A stretch of DNA of 64,000 bases from a virus, in IMG/VR virus record IMGVR_UViG_3300037264_004281, positions 2,961 to 66,960 of that record; one strand, given 5' to 3'. Under the pieces are notes generated by a model. It saw nothing but the letters and a program-made list of their open reading frames with translations. It made no database searches and had not been told where the DNA came from. The position numbers and the translations under genes are program-made. Below, piece by piece: positions 40,701 to 50,072 of this stretch (position 1 is its first letter; each line of letters opens with the position of its first letter).

Positions 40701-40792
40701 CCGAAATTGGATATAAATCATGGATTATGAAAACTGGAAGGCAAGGATTTGGACAACATGGGGATGAAGATATACGGTGGCTTATTAACTGA
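37760..40792 (+). CDS. terL: Terminase large subunit (T4 gp17-like) containing an intein
   Basis: LYPFQ, KSRQMGIST Walker A, IIDEAA Walker B, S/TP.G coupling motif, ADVARGDGSD, NDDLVM nuclease motifs. Confidence 0.95.
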   Translation: MSNNQVSYQDLIKQEYKKCLGSPVYFMKKYVKIQHPIRGSIFFDLYPFQQDALQDFHDFNFNIILKSRQMGISTLVAAYSLWQMIFNKDKNILIISLKQEVAKEIITKVRFANDNLPPWLKVKCDEDNRLSLKFVNGSHIRATSTTKKSGVSLALSLLIIDEAALIEDAGELWTSAQPTLSTGGRAIILSCVTKNTIVMTDKGLKQIGDFIDNKKMGGYEIQPYSVLGKNILRQGNLIQNNGIKQTKIIKTKFAELECTENHKLWAYKNKESKFGWYKSEDLEIGDYLCQQIGKRIWGNSDEIVEFNPTISSKIHYSFYPTQFYPDLCYFLGLYISEGSSYKVLNKNGNMVGGSITITCGDDISLVFDRLNLSYSCWDKLHYTISNKNLVEFMEYIGFDLSKKANQKEIPSRLLELSEKNIIYLLRGIFDGDGSGTKDGRVNLTSTSKILIDQIRIILSNFGIVGSVYKELIEKLNNRNHKIKYNYDSYKLEICGRNALKYYNLIGFNLDRKQKNKDILLKKNLDRACSRDIIPSSLDLMKKLINLSELTFYQIKKEYNLQVNSYCNSKKKHKTNDISRDNILLLYNLFKEKLSEEEQNYWDKIIDEDLVWSQIKSIENSENETFDFSLPYNPNDFWCHSIIYNSILGHQTPRGVGNWFHKMWQGSEENNDGKIGKNGFHPIRMPWHYHPERDEEWRKIEGEKIGDPKKASQEFDCDFLASGENVVDLRIIEWYKKNRKSDPADVRGADHGLWVWQYPDYSRSYIVTADVARGDGSDFSACHVIDVVTLDQCAEYKGMLGTKDFGNFLVGLSTEYNNALLIVERENVGWATLQAIIDRNYPNTFYSSTELKYVDVQRQLQNKYDSEDKKLVPGFSTNIKTRPLVISHLEQYCREEFNSGSGIKIYSQRTLSELETFVWKNGKAQAMEGYNDDLVMSLGIGLWVRDTALRLRQEGIDLTKATLSHIDMTKSEVKPYYKSQAAEIGYKSWIMKTGRQGFGQHGDEDIRWLIN
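38330..39709 (+). mobile_element. Intein (460 aa) with LAGLIDADG endonuclease in TerL; ends His-Gln
   Basis: LS|CVTKNT...CTENHKL...LGLYISEG...LRGIFDGDG...TFDFSL...GHQ|TPRG. Confidence 0.93.
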
Positions 40793-40869
40793 TTCACCTT
40801 TTATATACATATTTATATGACAAACGGATTGATTCAATACATATATACTGAAAAGAAAGATAATAGTCT

Positions 40870-43800
40870 ATGGCGACTCCTTTGGTAAAAGCATTCGAAG
40901 ATGAGGTAATAAATGTAAAACAGCAATCGTTGTATGCTCGATTACGTAGGTTATTTTCTACAGATGTTATTGTTAGAAACATTGGTGGTAAACAACTTAA
41001 AATAAAAGATACCGACAATGTAATGTATGCAACGGATAGGAATTCGTTGCGTGATAGATTTAATCGTATTCGCTCAACTGCTTATAATGCTTATACTAGA
41101 GATTTTGCATTATCCTACCAAGCAGCAAGAATGGACCTTTTTCGCGATTATGACTGCGTAGGTCCAGATACGATTATCCCTCTGCCAGACGGAACTTATC
41201 CTACTATAGCAGAATTAACAGAGAAATATAAGGACAAACCACAAGAGCGATTTTATGTCTTCTCTTATGACCATAAAACCGATTCTATAAAGTTAGGTAA
41301 AGCATTCCATCCACGCAAGAAAAAAGGAACCAGAATGGGGTATAAAGTTACTTTTGATAACGGTCAATATGTTATCGGAAGCATAAAACACCCGTTCTTG
41401 ATGCGAGACGGTACATACAAACGTATCCTTGAACTTCGTGTTGGTGATTCTGTAATGCCATTTTATCAACACGAATATGGTTATAAAAAGAATGGAATTA
41501 AACCTTATAGAAAGATTTATAACTTTTCTAAGGGGTATCAGTCGGCACATAAAATAGTCGTTGAACAATTTCAAAGGAAGTTGATTGGAGACGAGGTAAT
41601 TCATCATAAAGATTTCAATGGATTTAATAATTCTCCTGAAAACTTACAAATAATGAACCGAAAAGATCATGATGAATTTCATGCGAATCATAGTAAAAAT
41701 GTAATATGGGGACCGAAAAACTATGAAAATCAACTTAATAAGTTAAAATCTCATCCTAATTATATTAATAGAAAGTTCCATCAATGGAATGGTGAACGAC
41801 AAGGTGAAAATAATCCTTTTTATGGCAAAATCCATACAATGTTATCTAATGAATTTCGTTCCAAAACTCTCAAAGAAGTTTTTAAAGATAGAGATCAAAC
41901 TGGAGAAAATAATCCAAAATATAGAGATGATCTTACAATAGAAGTATTGAAAGTTAAAGCAGCAGATCATTATAAGAAAAATGGAAAATTAACTTCTTGG
42001 GGTCTTGTGAAAGATTTAGGATGTGATTATTCTGTTCTACAAAACCGATTAAAGTCTTCCAATATTAATTGGAATTCATTCAAAGATGAAGTAGTTTCTA
42101 CATTAAATCATAAAGTAGTTTCTATTGAATGTATAGGTCCAATTGATGTTTATGATGTCACTGTTGAAGAATATCATAATTTTGCGTGTGATAGTTGTAT
42201 CCTAAAAAACACAATGGATATGGATCCGATCATTGCTTCATGTCTCGATATTTATTCTGACGAGTGCTTGACTTATAATGAAATGGGCAAAGTTTTAACT
42301 GTTCATTCAACCAATAATAATGTTAAACAAATCCTTGAAAATCTATTTGGAGATATTTTAAATATTCAACACAATTTGTGGTCGTGGACTAGAAATATGT
42401 GTAAATATGGAGATTTCTTTCTTAAACTTTATATTACACCAGAGTATGGTATTTACATGGTAGATCCTATTTCAGCATATAATGTTGAAAGAATAGAAAA
42501 TTCCGATCCTTATAATAAGCGTTATGTAAAATTTCAACTTCGTCCTACGGATACCGCCCAAGCAGAAGTGTGTGAGAATTATGAAATAGCTCATTTTAGG
42601 TTAATGAGTGATTCTAATTTTCTTCCTTATGGAAAATCCATCATTGAAGGTGCTAGGCGGGTATGGAAGCAATTAAGTTTGATGGAAGACGCAATGTTAA
42701 TTCATCGTATCATGCGTGCGCCTGAAAAGCGTATTTTTTATACTGATATAGGAAATATTCCTCCGAATGAAGTAGATACTTTCATGAGAAAACAGCAGGA
42801 TATGATGAAAAAAGTTCCTTATATGGATGAAGTAACAGGAGAGTATAATCTTAGATTTAATTTAATGAATATGGTTGAAGATTATTTTATTCCTGTTCGT
42901 GGTAGTGATAGTGGAACTAGAATTGATACTCTTAATGGAATGGCTTGGACCGGAACGGATGATATTGAATATCTAAAAAACAAGTTAATGGCGGCTCTTA
43001 AAATTCCAAAGGCATTTTTAGGATATGAAGAGGGAATTTCTGGTAAAGCAACTTTGGCATCTGAAGATGTGAGGTTTGCAAGAACGATTCAAAGAGTTCA
43101 AAGAATATTAACTTCTGAGTTGACGAAAATAGCTATTGTTCATTTATATGCCCAAGGATATAGAGATGAAAGTTTAGTTGATTTTGATCTAGAATTAACA
43201 AATCCAAGTACAATATTTGAGAAGGAGAAACTTGAGATTTGGTCTGATAAAGTTAGTGTTGCGGTTGATATGATGGAGGCTAAATTATTTTCTAAGGATT
43301 GGATTTATAAGAATGTCTTTAATATGTCAGAGGATGATGGTAAATCTCTAAAGGATGAGGTTATTGAAGATACGAAGCAAATGTATAGGTTGACTTCTAT
43401 TGAAGAAGAAGGAAATGATCCAGCAAAACCATTTAATAAAATTGACGGAGGTGGCGGTAAAAAGGGTGATGGTGGTGAGGGCGGTCTTGGAGGAGGTGGT
43501 GGTGGGTTAGGGGGTCTTGGAGGTGGTGGTGGTCTGGGCGACATAGAAGATTTGGAAGGTGGAGGACCGCCCGGTGAGGAAGAAGTGCCGCCCGGTGAGG
43601 AAGAAGTACCGCCCGGTGAGGAAGAAGTACCGCCCGGTGAGGAAGAAGAGGAAGAAGAAATCCCAGTAGTTACAGAAATACACAAAGAAAGAGATCAATC
43701 TGGGGAACATAAAGCAAGTTCACATGTATTTGGTGAAGACCCACTTGGCGAGAAAGAACTTCATGAGAAACCTAAAGAAAGAAGTGAAGGAAAACGAAAA

Positions 43801-44004
43801 AGTGAAATTAGACACAATTTTGCTAAAGGATCTCCATTATCGGTTAGAGAAAATAGAATAAACCCAGACGGGGTTTTAATGAGAAGTTTATCGGAATTTG
43901 ATAATAAAACTAGAAAAGATATAGAAAAAGAACTCATAGCAGAAACCCAAGGCAGTGGAAGCAGAAGGAAATCATTGCTAGACGAGTCTAACATATTGGA
44001 ATAA
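40870..44004 (+). CDS. Portal protein (T4 gp20-like) containing an intein
   Basis: MD.DPII...LDIYSDE, KYGDFF, LPYGKS, LMEDAMLIHRIMRAPEKRIFY.DIGN, EDYFIP.RG, ALKIPK. Confidence 0.93.
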   Translation: MATPLVKAFEDEVINVKQQSLYARLRRLFSTDVIVRNIGGKQLKIKDTDNVMYATDRNSLRDRFNRIRSTAYNAYTRDFALSYQAARMDLFRDYDCVGPDTIIPLPDGTYPTIAELTEKYKDKPQERFYVFSYDHKTDSIKLGKAFHPRKKKGTRMGYKVTFDNGQYVIGSIKHPFLMRDGTYKRILELRVGDSVMPFYQHEYGYKKNGIKPYRKIYNFSKGYQSAHKIVVEQFQRKLIGDEVIHHKDFNGFNNSPENLQIMNRKDHDEFHANHSKNVIWGPKNYENQLNKLKSHPNYINRKFHQWNGERQGENNPFYGKIHTMLSNEFRSKTLKEVFKDRDQTGENNPKYRDDLTIEVLKVKAADHYKKNGKLTSWGLVKDLGCDYSVLQNRLKSSNINWNSFKDEVVSTLNHKVVSIECIGPIDVYDVTVEEYHNFACDSCILKNTMDMDPIIASCLDIYSDECLTYNEMGKVLTVHSTNNNVKQILENLFGDILNIQHNLWSWTRNMCKYGDFFLKLYITPEYGIYMVDPISAYNVERIENSDPYNKRYVKFQLRPTDTAQAEVCENYEIAHFRLMSDSNFLPYGKSIIEGARRVWKQLSLMEDAMLIHRIMRAPEKRIFYTDIGNIPPNEVDTFMRKQQDMMKKVPYMDEVTGEYNLRFNLMNMVEDYFIPVRGSDSGTRIDTLNGMAWTGTDDIEYLKNKLMAALKIPKAFLGYEEGISGKATLASEDVRFARTIQRVQRILTSELTKIAIVHLYAQGYRDESLVDFDLELTNPSTIFEKEKLEIWSDKVSVAVDMMEAKLFSKDWIYKNVFNMSEDDGKSLKDEVIEDTKQMYRLTSIEEEGNDPAKPFNKIDGGGGKKGDGGEGGLGGGGGGLGGLGGGGGLGDIEDLEGGGPPGEEEVPPGEEEVPPGEEEVPPGEEEEEEEIPVVTEIHKERDQSGEHKASSHVFGEDPLGEKELHEKPKERSEGKRKSEIRHNFAKGSPLSVRENRINPDGVLMRSLSEFDNKTRKDIEKELIAETQGSGSRRKSLLDESNILE
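41155..42210 (+). mobile_element. Intein (352 aa) with HNH endonuclease in portal; ends Lys-Asn
   Basis: DYD|CVGPDT...KHPF...IHHKDFNGFNNSPENL...GENNPFYGK...NHKV...VYDVTVEEYHNFA...ILKN|TMD. Confidence 0.92.
43567..43648 (+). repeat. 21-nt tandem repeat x~4 (PPGEEEV) after a poly-Gly tract
   Basis: CCGCCCGGTGAGGAAGAAGT(G/A) units read directly. Confidence 0.95.
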
Positions 44005-44085
44005 TAAGGATATACATTAATATTTGCATAAGTTTTAAAATCTATGCCGATATTTATATTTTAGTTAAAGATTAAATCTAACATT

Positions 44086-44973
44086 ATGCAGAAAAGAATG
44101 CGCCATTCAAAGTTTAGAAATACCGGCATTCTGTTTGAGTTACTTACTCGGCAAGTAACCGCAGATATTATTGCTGGAAATGACACATCAAATGCCAGAG
44201 ATTTACTTTATCGGTATTTTAAGGAGAATACCGAACTAGGTAAAGAGTGGCAGTTATATAGCACTCTGTTAAATGAAAAAATTAAAGATGAAGTACATGC
44301 TGAACGCCTTCTCTCTGTTGTAGTAGATACTAGGAAAAAGATTAATAATAAGAAATTATTACAAGAAAAATATGCATTAATCAAAGAAATTAAAGAAAAT
44401 TATCCCATAGACGAAATGCTAAAATCTCCTGTGCGTAATTATCGTCTTTTAGCATCAATTTATAAAACATTTGAAAATGGAACATCTAATGATGTAAAGT
44501 TTAATGTTAAAGAAGCATTTCAAGCAAAAAATTGTATAGTAGAGAATATTTGTGATAAACCCAAAAATAATAATGAAGACGAACTTATCAATTATTATCG
44601 AAATCAGTCGGAAGAAATTCGTCTTTTATCCTATAAATTATTAGTTGAAAAATTAAATGATAAATATAGTAGTCAATTAGATGAGGAACAACGAGCGGTA
44701 TTAAGAGAATATATTTGTAATGTTGCCAACACAAATCAATTTGGTGAATATGTTAAAAATAAAGTTTTAAATATAAAGGAAACTTTAAATGAACTCTCCG
44801 AGAAAATTAAAGATTCTGATGTTATAAAAATAAAAATCAAAGAAGTAATCAATCAATTAGATAAAATTCATCCCGGAAAAATTGTTAAAGATAATCAGGT
44901 TATGGTATTGATGCTTTCTTATGAATTATTAAAAGAAGTTAAAAAACAATTGGAGGGTAAAAATGTCATCTAA
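44086..44973 (+). CDS. Hypothetical helical protein in the head module
   Basis: HSKFRNTGILFELL N-terminus; lies between portal and protease. Confidence 0.75.
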   Translation: MQKRMRHSKFRNTGILFELLTRQVTADIIAGNDTSNARDLLYRYFKENTELGKEWQLYSTLLNEKIKDEVHAERLLSVVVDTRKKINNKKLLQEKYALIKEIKENYPIDEMLKSPVRNYRLLASIYKTFENGTSNDVKFNVKEAFQAKNCIVENICDKPKNNNEDELINYYRNQSEEIRLLSYKLLVEKLNDKYSSQLDEEQRAVLREYICNVANTNQFGEYVKNKVLNIKETLNELSEKIKDSDVIKIKIKEVINQLDKIHPGKIVKDNQVMVLMLSYELLKEVKKQLEGKNVI

Positions 44974-45865
44974 GAATCCTAACACGCCAAACAATCCTAG
45001 TAATAATCCAGATTTTCAAGCCGCCAAGGCACAACTTATAGAAAAGCTTGGGGAATATTATATAACACCGTTGAATGGCGCGGTTAAAATAATTGCTGCA
45101 CTAAATGCTAGAATTAAAGCTCCTGACCAGCTTGACAAAGTATTACAAAGTAATACTTATGTTTGGAGTTCGTTCTCACAAACATATAAAAACAGAAATA
45201 CTAAACATGGAAGTGTAATAGCCGCTTTGCCGGGTGACGTGTTCATATGGATTTCTAATTTATCGCCTTATGGAATTTATGAGTCTGTTGCTAAAGTATT
45301 AAAAAATGCACAAAAGTTAGCAATTTGGGTAGGAGGTAGAGAAGATACATTTTTTAATGAACTGGATGCCATATCTGGAGAAGCACCCGCCGCCAAACCA
45401 AAGGTAGATTCTTCAAAATTGACACCAATATCCAAAGCAGAGAAATTGCTTAAGACAGTAACTCCGGGTCAACGTATTCCTCAAGATGATATACTAGATC
45501 TTTATCAACTTGGTAAAGAAAGAGGCGATCAAAAAATATTAGATTTAGTTAAAACTCTTCTACCACTGGAAGAATCTATTAGTAAACGGAATTTAAAAAA
45601 TCTTTTGAGAGAAATTGTTAAGGGAATTTGTAAAGAGATGTCAGTAACCGCTGCGGTTTCTCCGGTTTCAACGCCAAAGGCATTTTCTAAAAAAAAAGAT
45701 ATAGATGAAATGACAGTTACAGGAGATGTTACAGGATATAATGTTCCCGGATTTCTTTCTCGTAGAGGTGGTAGTCAAAAAGGCGTGGTGGGATCTAAAA
45801 AACTTGGTTATGATTTAACTCCAATTGGAAAAAAAGAAATGGAACGACCCGGAGATAGATTGTAA
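44963..45865 (+). CDS. Hypothetical protein, candidate internal head protein
   Basis: Internal LKNLLREIV and repeated EM(S/T)VT motif. Confidence 0.7.
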   Translation: MSSKNPNTPNNPSNNPDFQAAKAQLIEKLGEYYITPLNGAVKIIAALNARIKAPDQLDKVLQSNTYVWSSFSQTYKNRNTKHGSVIAALPGDVFIWISNLSPYGIYESVAKVLKNAQKLAIWVGGREDTFFNELDAISGEAPAAKPKVDSSKLTPISKAEKLLKTVTPGQRIPQDDILDLYQLGKERGDQKILDLVKTLLPLEESISKRNLKNLLREIVKGICKEMSVTAAVSPVSTPKAFSKKKDIDEMTVTGDVTGYNVPGFLSRRGGSQKGVVGSKKLGYDLTPIGKKEMERPGDRL

Positions 45866-45871
45866 AAGCAT

Positions 45872-46684
45872 ATGATATCATTATCTAGAATTTTAGAACA
45901 ACAAGGATTAGAAGGTCAGTTTTATGACTTAGGAAAAGATTTTGCTGATTTTAAAAGGGCTTTAGATGGAAATAATGAAATTATCAAGCAAAAATACGAA
46001 CGTTCTATAAATTCCAAATTGGGAGGTAAAAGAGTTAGAGCGCGAGCATCCAAAGGATATAAGCAATTTGAGAAAGATTATGAATTTTTGGTATCTAGGG
46101 TAACAATAGACGATTATTATGATAATTTTGTTATTGTAGCTCATGATGATTCCGATCCTAAAAAATCAAAAGAATATTTTATAAAGCCCGGATTTAAGAT
46201 TCAAGTAATAGGATTAGCAGGAAATCCTACTCAAACACCTGATGGAATGAGTAGGAAAACCCCTAAAGTTTTAGCTACCCCGGAACAACCACCTCCTCCA
46301 AAATCTACTGTCCCAGTTAGAGAAGAAGCAAAATATCATGATATTTATTCTATGGAGGATATTATAGATGATATTAAGCCTTGGGTTTCTCAACTAGTTA
46401 AAGATAAGCATAGAGAACCAAGGGAGTTCGTTAAAACTTTGGGAGGATTAAAGGATTTTGGAGATGGTAGAAAAGTAGCAATGTATGATGTTAAAATTCC
46501 AGATGGAACTTTAAAAGTTAAATTAACTGATACTGGAATGCAATCTATTTTAGATAAAGTCAGTCGTCCGGATAAAAATACAGAAATTAGATATAAATTG
46601 GTGAAATTTGACGATGATAAAGAGGGATATAAGATGAGAATAAAGAAAACAATGACAAAATCTCCTGAAGAAATTCCAAGTTAA
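45872..46684 (+). CDS. Hypothetical protein, candidate internal head protein
   Basis: MISLSRILE leader; Pro-rich linker. Confidence 0.7.
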   Translation: MISLSRILEQQGLEGQFYDLGKDFADFKRALDGNNEIIKQKYERSINSKLGGKRVRARASKGYKQFEKDYEFLVSRVTIDDYYDNFVIVAHDDSDPKKSKEYFIKPGFKIQVIGLAGNPTQTPDGMSRKTPKVLATPEQPPPPKSTVPVREEAKYHDIYSMEDIIDDIKPWVSQLVKDKHREPREFVKTLGGLKDFGDGRKVAMYDVKIPDGTLKVKLTDTGMQSILDKVSRPDKNTEIRYKLVKFDDDKEGYKMRIKKTMTKSPEEIPS

Positions 46685-46689
46685 AATAT

Positions 46690-47316
46690 ATGAATGATAA
46701 TAGAAAACTTTTAGTAGAATGCATTACATTTGAAGCAGAACCATCTCTGCTAAAAGAAGCATTAAACAATCCAACTCAGCCATTTAAAGTAAGCGGAGTT
46801 TTACAGCGCAAAGGTAGAAAAAATCAAAATGGCAGAATTTATCCCGATGAAGTATTGGAAAGAGAAGTTCAAAAATATGCAGATACTTTTATTAGAGAAC
46901 GTAGAGCAATGGGAGAGTTGGACCATCCAGAAACTTCAGTTGTAAATCTTAAAAATGTTTCCCACAACGTTGTTTCAATGCAATGGCAAGGGGATGATTT
47001 AGTTGGTACTGTAGAAGTTTTAACTACTCCAAATGGAAATATTTTAAGGGAATTATTTCGTAACGGTATTAAATTAGGAATTTCAAGTCGTGGACTTGGG
47101 ACATTAAAAAAAGGAGTGTCGGAAGGTACTTCTATTGTTGGAGATGATTTTGAACTAATTGCTTTTGATTTTGTATCCAATCCATCTACTCAGGGAGCAT
47201 TTATGGCTCCACAAGGACAGGTTCCTATTGCTGAAAGTATTGTAAAAAATCCTATAACAAATAAATGGGAAAGAACCGATGAAATAATCAGAAATATCTT
47301 ATCCGAATTGATTTAA
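46690..47316 (+). CDS. Prohead core protease (T4 gp21-like)
   Basis: KNQNGRIYP, GELDHP, VSH, TPNG.I, LGISSRGLG, FDFVSNPS. Confidence 0.95.
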   Translation: MNDNRKLLVECITFEAEPSLLKEALNNPTQPFKVSGVLQRKGRKNQNGRIYPDEVLEREVQKYADTFIRERRAMGELDHPETSVVNLKNVSHNVVSMQWQGDDLVGTVEVLTTPNGNILRELFRNGIKLGISSRGLGTLKKGVSEGTSIVGDDFELIAFDFVSNPSTQGAFMAPQGQVPIAESIVKNPITNKWERTDEIIRNILSELI

Positions 47317-47317
47317 T

Positions 47318-47665
47318 ATGAAAAAGTCGCAACTTAATAAACTTATCGAAGAATGTATTTTAGAATATATTAGCGAGCAATCCTCCGCCCCTCTTTATAA
47401 AAACTTGTCTGATGCATTGCGAGCGGTAGAAGAATATGTTATAAAAAATAGCATTCAAGTAGATATATCAGAACACCCTTCTAATGAAGCAGATGAGTTT
47501 GGAATTAGAGGTCCATTTTTGTATGGTGGAATTCCATATGAACAGAAAAAAGATGCTCATTATAAATTGTTAGTATATAAAGGTAGACCTACCAAAAAAT
47601 ATCTTCATGTTTCTGTTTATCGTATGCCAAGTGGAAATTATGAATTGACATGTTATGTTTCATAA
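47318..47665 (+). CDS. Hypothetical protein, candidate internal head protein
   Basis: MKKSQLNKLIEECILE leader. Confidence 0.7.
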   Translation: MKKSQLNKLIEECILEYISEQSSAPLYKNLSDALRAVEEYVIKNSIQVDISEHPSNEADEFGIRGPFLYGGIPYEQKKDAHYKLLVYKGRPTKKYLHVSVYRMPSGNYELTCYVS

Positions 47666-47671
47666 AAAAAG

Positions 47672-47700
47672 TTGATTTTCGTGGAAAATTCGCATATGAT
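47672..47700 (+). promoter_or_regulatory. Sigma70-like promoter 8 nt before the guaC ATG
   Basis: A-tract, TTGATT, 17 nt, TATGAT. Confidence 0.65.
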
Positions 47701-47708
47701 CTTCACAT

Positions 47709-48653
47709 ATGCGACATTATGATACTGTATTTTGTTATGACGATATGTTTCTTCGTCCTAGATATTCTGAACTTGAAAGCAGAAGTCTAGCGGATACTTC
47801 AGTTGATTTTTTAGGAAAGAAATATAAACTTCCAGTAATTCCTTCCAATATGGAAGATGTTATATCTATAGATAACGCTAAACAATTAGCGTCTAATGGA
47901 TATTATTATATAATGCATAGGTTTGGTGATATTAAATCTAGATATGAAGAATTAGATGCGTCTGAAATGAATATTAGTATAGGAGTTACTGATGATGATA
48001 AAAGGTTTATAGAAGGTTTTATTTATACACCATTTTCTATAACAATAGATGTGGCACACGCGCACCATTCTAATGTAAAATCTATGGTAGATCATTTAAA
48101 ACATGTCTATAGAGGAGAATCTTATAATAATCGTCCAAGAATTATTGCAGGAAATGTTGCCACGGCTGATGGATTTAAATTTTTATATGATTTAGGAGTA
48201 GATGCGATTAAGGTTGGTATTGGAACCGGAAGCATTTGTACTACCAAATATAAAACAGGATTTCATTTACCGATAGCATATTCCATATATGAATGTGCCA
48301 ATTTAAGATTACATATTCCTCTTATTGCCGATGGAGGACTTAGACATTATGGAGATGTTGCGAAAGCATTGACATTAGGAGCGACAATGGTTATGGGTGG
48401 TGGATGGTTTGCGTCTTGTATTGATTCTCCCGCTAAAATTATTCATGGTAAGAAAATATATAGAGGGTCAACTTCTTTTGAAGCAAAGGGGCATAATAGT
48501 CATGTGGAAGGTCGGGCATTAGAATTGGATGAAGGTATTACTTATATGGAAAGAATGGAAGAAATAAGGCAATCTTTAGCAAGTTCTATTTCTTATGCTG
48601 GTGGAAAAGATTTGACTGCGTTTAATCATGTTGAATGGAGTCTTCAGAAATGA
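47709..48653 (+). CDS. guaC: GMP reductase (IMPDH/GMPR family, no CBS domain)
   Basis: LPVIPSNM, MHRF, IDVAHAH, IAGNVAT, KVGIGTGSICTT, IADGG, GS.SFE.KG...HVEG, SSISYAGG; most like Bacillus-type GuaC. Confidence 0.85.
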   Translation: MRHYDTVFCYDDMFLRPRYSELESRSLADTSVDFLGKKYKLPVIPSNMEDVISIDNAKQLASNGYYYIMHRFGDIKSRYEELDASEMNISIGVTDDDKRFIEGFIYTPFSITIDVAHAHHSNVKSMVDHLKHVYRGESYNNRPRIIAGNVATADGFKFLYDLGVDAIKVGIGTGSICTTKYKTGFHLPIAYSIYECANLRLHIPLIADGGLRHYGDVAKALTLGATMVMGGGWFASCIDSPAKIIHGKKIYRGSTSFEAKGHNSHVEGRALELDEGITYMERMEEIRQSLASSISYAGGKDLTAFNHVEWSLQK

Positions 48654-48656
48654 TTC

Positions 48657-48684
48657 TTGACATTTTAAGTTTGTCTGGTATAGT
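48657..48684 (+). promoter_or_regulatory. Sigma70-like promoter 5 nt before the nucleotidyltransferase ATG
   Basis: TTGACA, 16 nt ending TGG, TATAGT. Confidence 0.65.
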
Positions 48685-48689
48685 TAGGT

Positions 48690-49898
48690 ATGAACTTAGA
48701 CTGGTTACCAGACAATTTAATTTATGTGACTCTCCACGGGTCGCAGGCTTATGGACTCAACAATGAACTTTCTGATGTTGATGTTAAAGGTATTTGTATT
48801 CCTCCTCGTAAAGTGGAAAATGATCTTTTTTGTCGTTTTGAACAGGCGGAAAACCATCCTCTTGTAGAGGAAAAATTAGGACATTTAAGAAATCCTAAAA
48901 ATCCTAAATTTGAGAGTACTATTTATTCTCTTCGCAAATTCTTTTTATTAGCCGCCAATGTCAATCCTAATATTATAGAATTGCTTTGGACTGATCCTGT
49001 GGATCATTTTGTAAAAACTCCTTGGATGGAGACATTACTAGCTCGCAGGAATGAATTTTTATCAGCAAAAGCTAAATTTACTTTTTCTGGATATGCATAT
49101 TCCCAAGCAGCTAAAATTGAGCGGCATAGGAAATGGATTGTTTTGGGTGACGTAAAAGAACCAAAACGAGAAGATTTTGGTTTGCCTCCTACTGTTGCAA
49201 AGGGGATAGATGAAGTATTTGGATATATTAAATCAAAAGTAGAAGAATGGAATTTAAATCAGTTCGCTCTTGAGGAGAAAGATCGTTCTGAGCTTAAGGA
49301 AACTATCTGGGATTTAGTTTATACATTAACCAATAAGCAAGTTACGTGGGATAATTGGCCGGACGCTTACGCACAAGGCGTTACGCATAATGTTAAATGC
49401 GATCTATCTCTTAAAGAAGAAGTTGTAGATTTGATCCAAAAAGAAAGAGCATATTTCAAAGCTCAAACAAATTATAATTCGTGGTTGAAATGGAAAAAAG
49501 AAAGAAATCCTGCCCGACGAGAATTAGAAGTAAAATCTGGGTATGACACGAAACATGCTTCTCATTTAGTGAGACTTATGAGAATGGGTTACGAAATATT
49601 AACCGAGGGTAAAGTTATTGTTAAAAGACCGGACAGAGAAGAACTTTTATTTATAAAAAATGGTGGGTGGTCATATGAAAAAGTAATGGATTATTCTAAA
49701 GAAATGCAAAAAAAGTTAGACGAAGTATATAAAGTTACTACTTTAAGAAAAAGTGTTGATTTTAATTATCTTAATAATTTGTACCATTTACTAACCGAGT
49801 CAATTTTTAAACATCATCCTTTAATGAATGAAGATACAGAATATAAAAATCATCGTGATGCTATGGAAAGTGCTTTTGGATGGCACGGACAAGGATAA
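48690..49898 (+). CDS. Pol-beta superfamily nucleotidyltransferase (RlaP/YcgL-like)
   Basis: HGSQAYG....SDVDVKG, NPNIIELL, FSGYA, YDTKHASHLVRL...G.E.L..G, LL.IK.G. Confidence 0.85.
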   Translation: MNLDWLPDNLIYVTLHGSQAYGLNNELSDVDVKGICIPPRKVENDLFCRFEQAENHPLVEEKLGHLRNPKNPKFESTIYSLRKFFLLAANVNPNIIELLWTDPVDHFVKTPWMETLLARRNEFLSAKAKFTFSGYAYSQAAKIERHRKWIVLGDVKEPKREDFGLPPTVAKGIDEVFGYIKSKVEEWNLNQFALEEKDRSELKETIWDLVYTLTNKQVTWDNWPDAYAQGVTHNVKCDLSLKEEVVDLIQKERAYFKAQTNYNSWLKWKKERNPARRELEVKSGYDTKHASHLVRLMRMGYEILTEGKVIVKRPDREELLFIKNGGWSYEKVMDYSKEMQKKLDEVYKVTTLRKSVDFNYLNNLYHLLTESIFKHHPLMNEDTEYKNHRDAMESAFGWHGQG

Positions 49899-49901
49899 AT
49901 T

Positions 49902-50072
49902 ATGAAACAATATATTGATATTGCAATTGAAGAAGATGGTGATGAAATTTTTACGAAGGTAAAGTATTGTACAAAATGGCCATGTTGTTGGGAAAAGAAA
50001 CCTTTAATAAAAAATCATAACGGATTTATGATATGTCCTATTTGTAAAGGATCATATGGAAAAAGAAAATAA
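49902..50072 (+). CDS. Small Cys-rich protein, 56 aa (not in the ORF track)
   Basis: MKQYIDIAIEEDGDEIFTKVKYCTKWPCCWEKKPLIKNHNGFMICPICKGSYGKRK*. Confidence 0.65.
   Translation: MKQYIDIAIEEDGDEIFTKVKYCTKWPCCWEKKPLIKNHNGFMICPICKGSYGKRK

Noticed and set aside
38330-42210. Group I introns in terminase or portal
   Set aside because: Insertions are in frame with Cys starts and intein block B/F/G motifs, so they are protein-splicing elements
47709-48653. IMP dehydrogenase (guaB) or a DNA base-modification pathway
   Set aside because: Length and motifs fit GuaC better; no queuosine-pathway, PurZ or other modification genes in the window
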